A stretch of DNA of 64,000 bases from Rickettsiales bacterium (GTDB lineage Bacteria; Pseudomonadota; Alphaproteobacteria; Rickettsiales; JABCZZ01). The notes beneath the pieces were generated by a model. That model was given only the letters and a program-made list of their open reading frames with translations, was not told the DNA's origin and did no database searches. The stretch spans positions 224,322 through 288,321 of the forward strand of contig DASTXE010000001.1 of NCBI GenBank assembly GCA_035765535.1. Direction: 5' to 3'. The position numbers and the translations under genes are program-made. Positions 63,190 through 64,000 of the stretch are shown in pieces (position 1 is the first letter of the stretch; each line of letters opens with the position of its first letter).

Positions 63190-64000
63190 ATGTCGGAACA
63201 AATGCATAACACGGATATAGTCATAATTGGCGCTGGGCCGGTCGGACTGTTTGCCGTTTTTCAGGCTGGGATGCTAAAGATGCGCTGCCACGTGGTGGAT
63301 ACGCTGGATATGATTGGCGGTCAGTGCGCGGCCCTCTATCCTGAAAAGCCGATTTACGACATTCCGGGTTATCCGGCGATTGACGCGGCCGATCTCGTTA
63401 AGAAACTCGAAGAGCAGGCGGCTCCTTTCGCTCCCGTCTACCATCTGGGCCAGCGCGTAGAGAAAGTGGCTGAAACACAGGCCGGTGCTTATACGGTGAC
63501 CACTTCCACCGGAACAAAGATCCAGTGCAAGGCCATCATCATTGCGGCGGGCTGCGGTGCATTCGGGCCGAATCGTCCTCCGCTGGACGGTCTTGAACAA
63601 TATGAAGGCAAGAGCGTATTCTACATGGTCGCTCGGCGCGAGGATTACCGCGATAAAACCATCGTAATCGCAGGCGGTGGCGATTCCGCTGTGGACTGGG
63701 CGATTTCCCTGGCTCCGCTGGCAAAGAAAGTTTACGTCATCCACCGCCGCCCTAAATTCCGCTGTGCGCCCGAAAGCGCTGCAAAGCTGGATGCGCTTGC
63801 TAAAGATGGCAATGTAGAGCTTGTGATCCCATATCAGCTTGCCGCACTGAAAGGTCATAATGGAAAATTAAGCCATGTTGTGGTTGAAACGCTGGACGGC
63901 GAGAAGCGGGAGCTGGAAGCGGATGCATTGCTGCCATTCTTTGGTCTGGCAATGGAGCTGGGACCGATTGCGGAATGGGGGCTGGGTTTAAGCGGCAGCC
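63190..64000 (+). CDS. thioredoxin-reductase-like ferredoxin--NADP(+) reductase (3'-truncated by window end)
   Basis: Not in the supplied track because it has no stop in the window. Hand translation gives MSEQMHNTDIVIIGAGPVGLFA... with FAD (GAGPVG) and NADPH (IAGGGDSAVDWA) motifs. Confidence 0.8.
   Translation, partial: MSEQMHNTDIVIIGAGPVGLFAVFQAGMLKMRCHVVDTLDMIGGQCAALYPEKPIYDIPGYPAIDAADLVKKLEEQAAPFAPVYHLGQRVEKVAETQAGAYTVTTSTGTKIQCKAIIIAAGCGAFGPNRPPLDGLEQYEGKSVFYMVARREDYRDKTIVIAGGGDSAVDWAISLAPLAKKVYVIHRRPKFRCAPESAAKLDALAKDGNVELVIPYQLAALKGHNGKLSHVVVETLDGEKRELEADALLPFFGLAMELGPIAEWGLGLSGS

Overview
This 64 kb window looks like an alphaproteobacterial chromosome segment, judged from gene content and local gene order (inference). 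Most of it is tightly packed housekeeping genes: pgsA, uvrC, dnaQ, argH, lysA, thiC, purL/purQ, proB, rpe, argJ, serS, tatC, infC, thrS, leuS-lptE-holA, purD and xseA. It also contains two tRNAs, tRNA-Lys(UUU) and tRNA-Gly(GCC). The main accessory feature is a ~6.0 kb integrative element at the 3' end of tRNA-Lys. It is bounded by a 56-bp direct repeat (11164-11219 and 17187-17242). It carries a tyrosine integrase, an excisionase-like HTH protein, a Cys-rich small protein and an HUH rolling-circle Rep. Its AT-rich cargo is a two-gene module: a 690-aa SIR2-domain protein with an internally duplicated helical C-terminus, plus a 237-aa coiled-coil protein with no domain I can recognise. I rank this module as the best candidate for an undescribed NADase-type anti-phage system. 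Directly beyond attR lies another AT-rich gene with a PLD/MIT_C-like 'DPY...HDR' domain. Other accessory or unusual loci are listed below.
- A MerP/MerT-like metal module without merA or merR.
- A class-3 lipase next to a beta-helix protein.
- fixI plus an untracked 46-aa ccoS.
- An orphan DPPY DNA methyltransferase wedged between ridA and proB.
- An MNIO (DUF692)/DUF2063 pair with no adjacent precursor peptide.
- A minimal arnT-arnB-arnC-arnA(decarboxylase-only) cluster.
I found no CRISPR array, rRNA or transposase. All family assignments come from motif recognition by eye, not from database searches.
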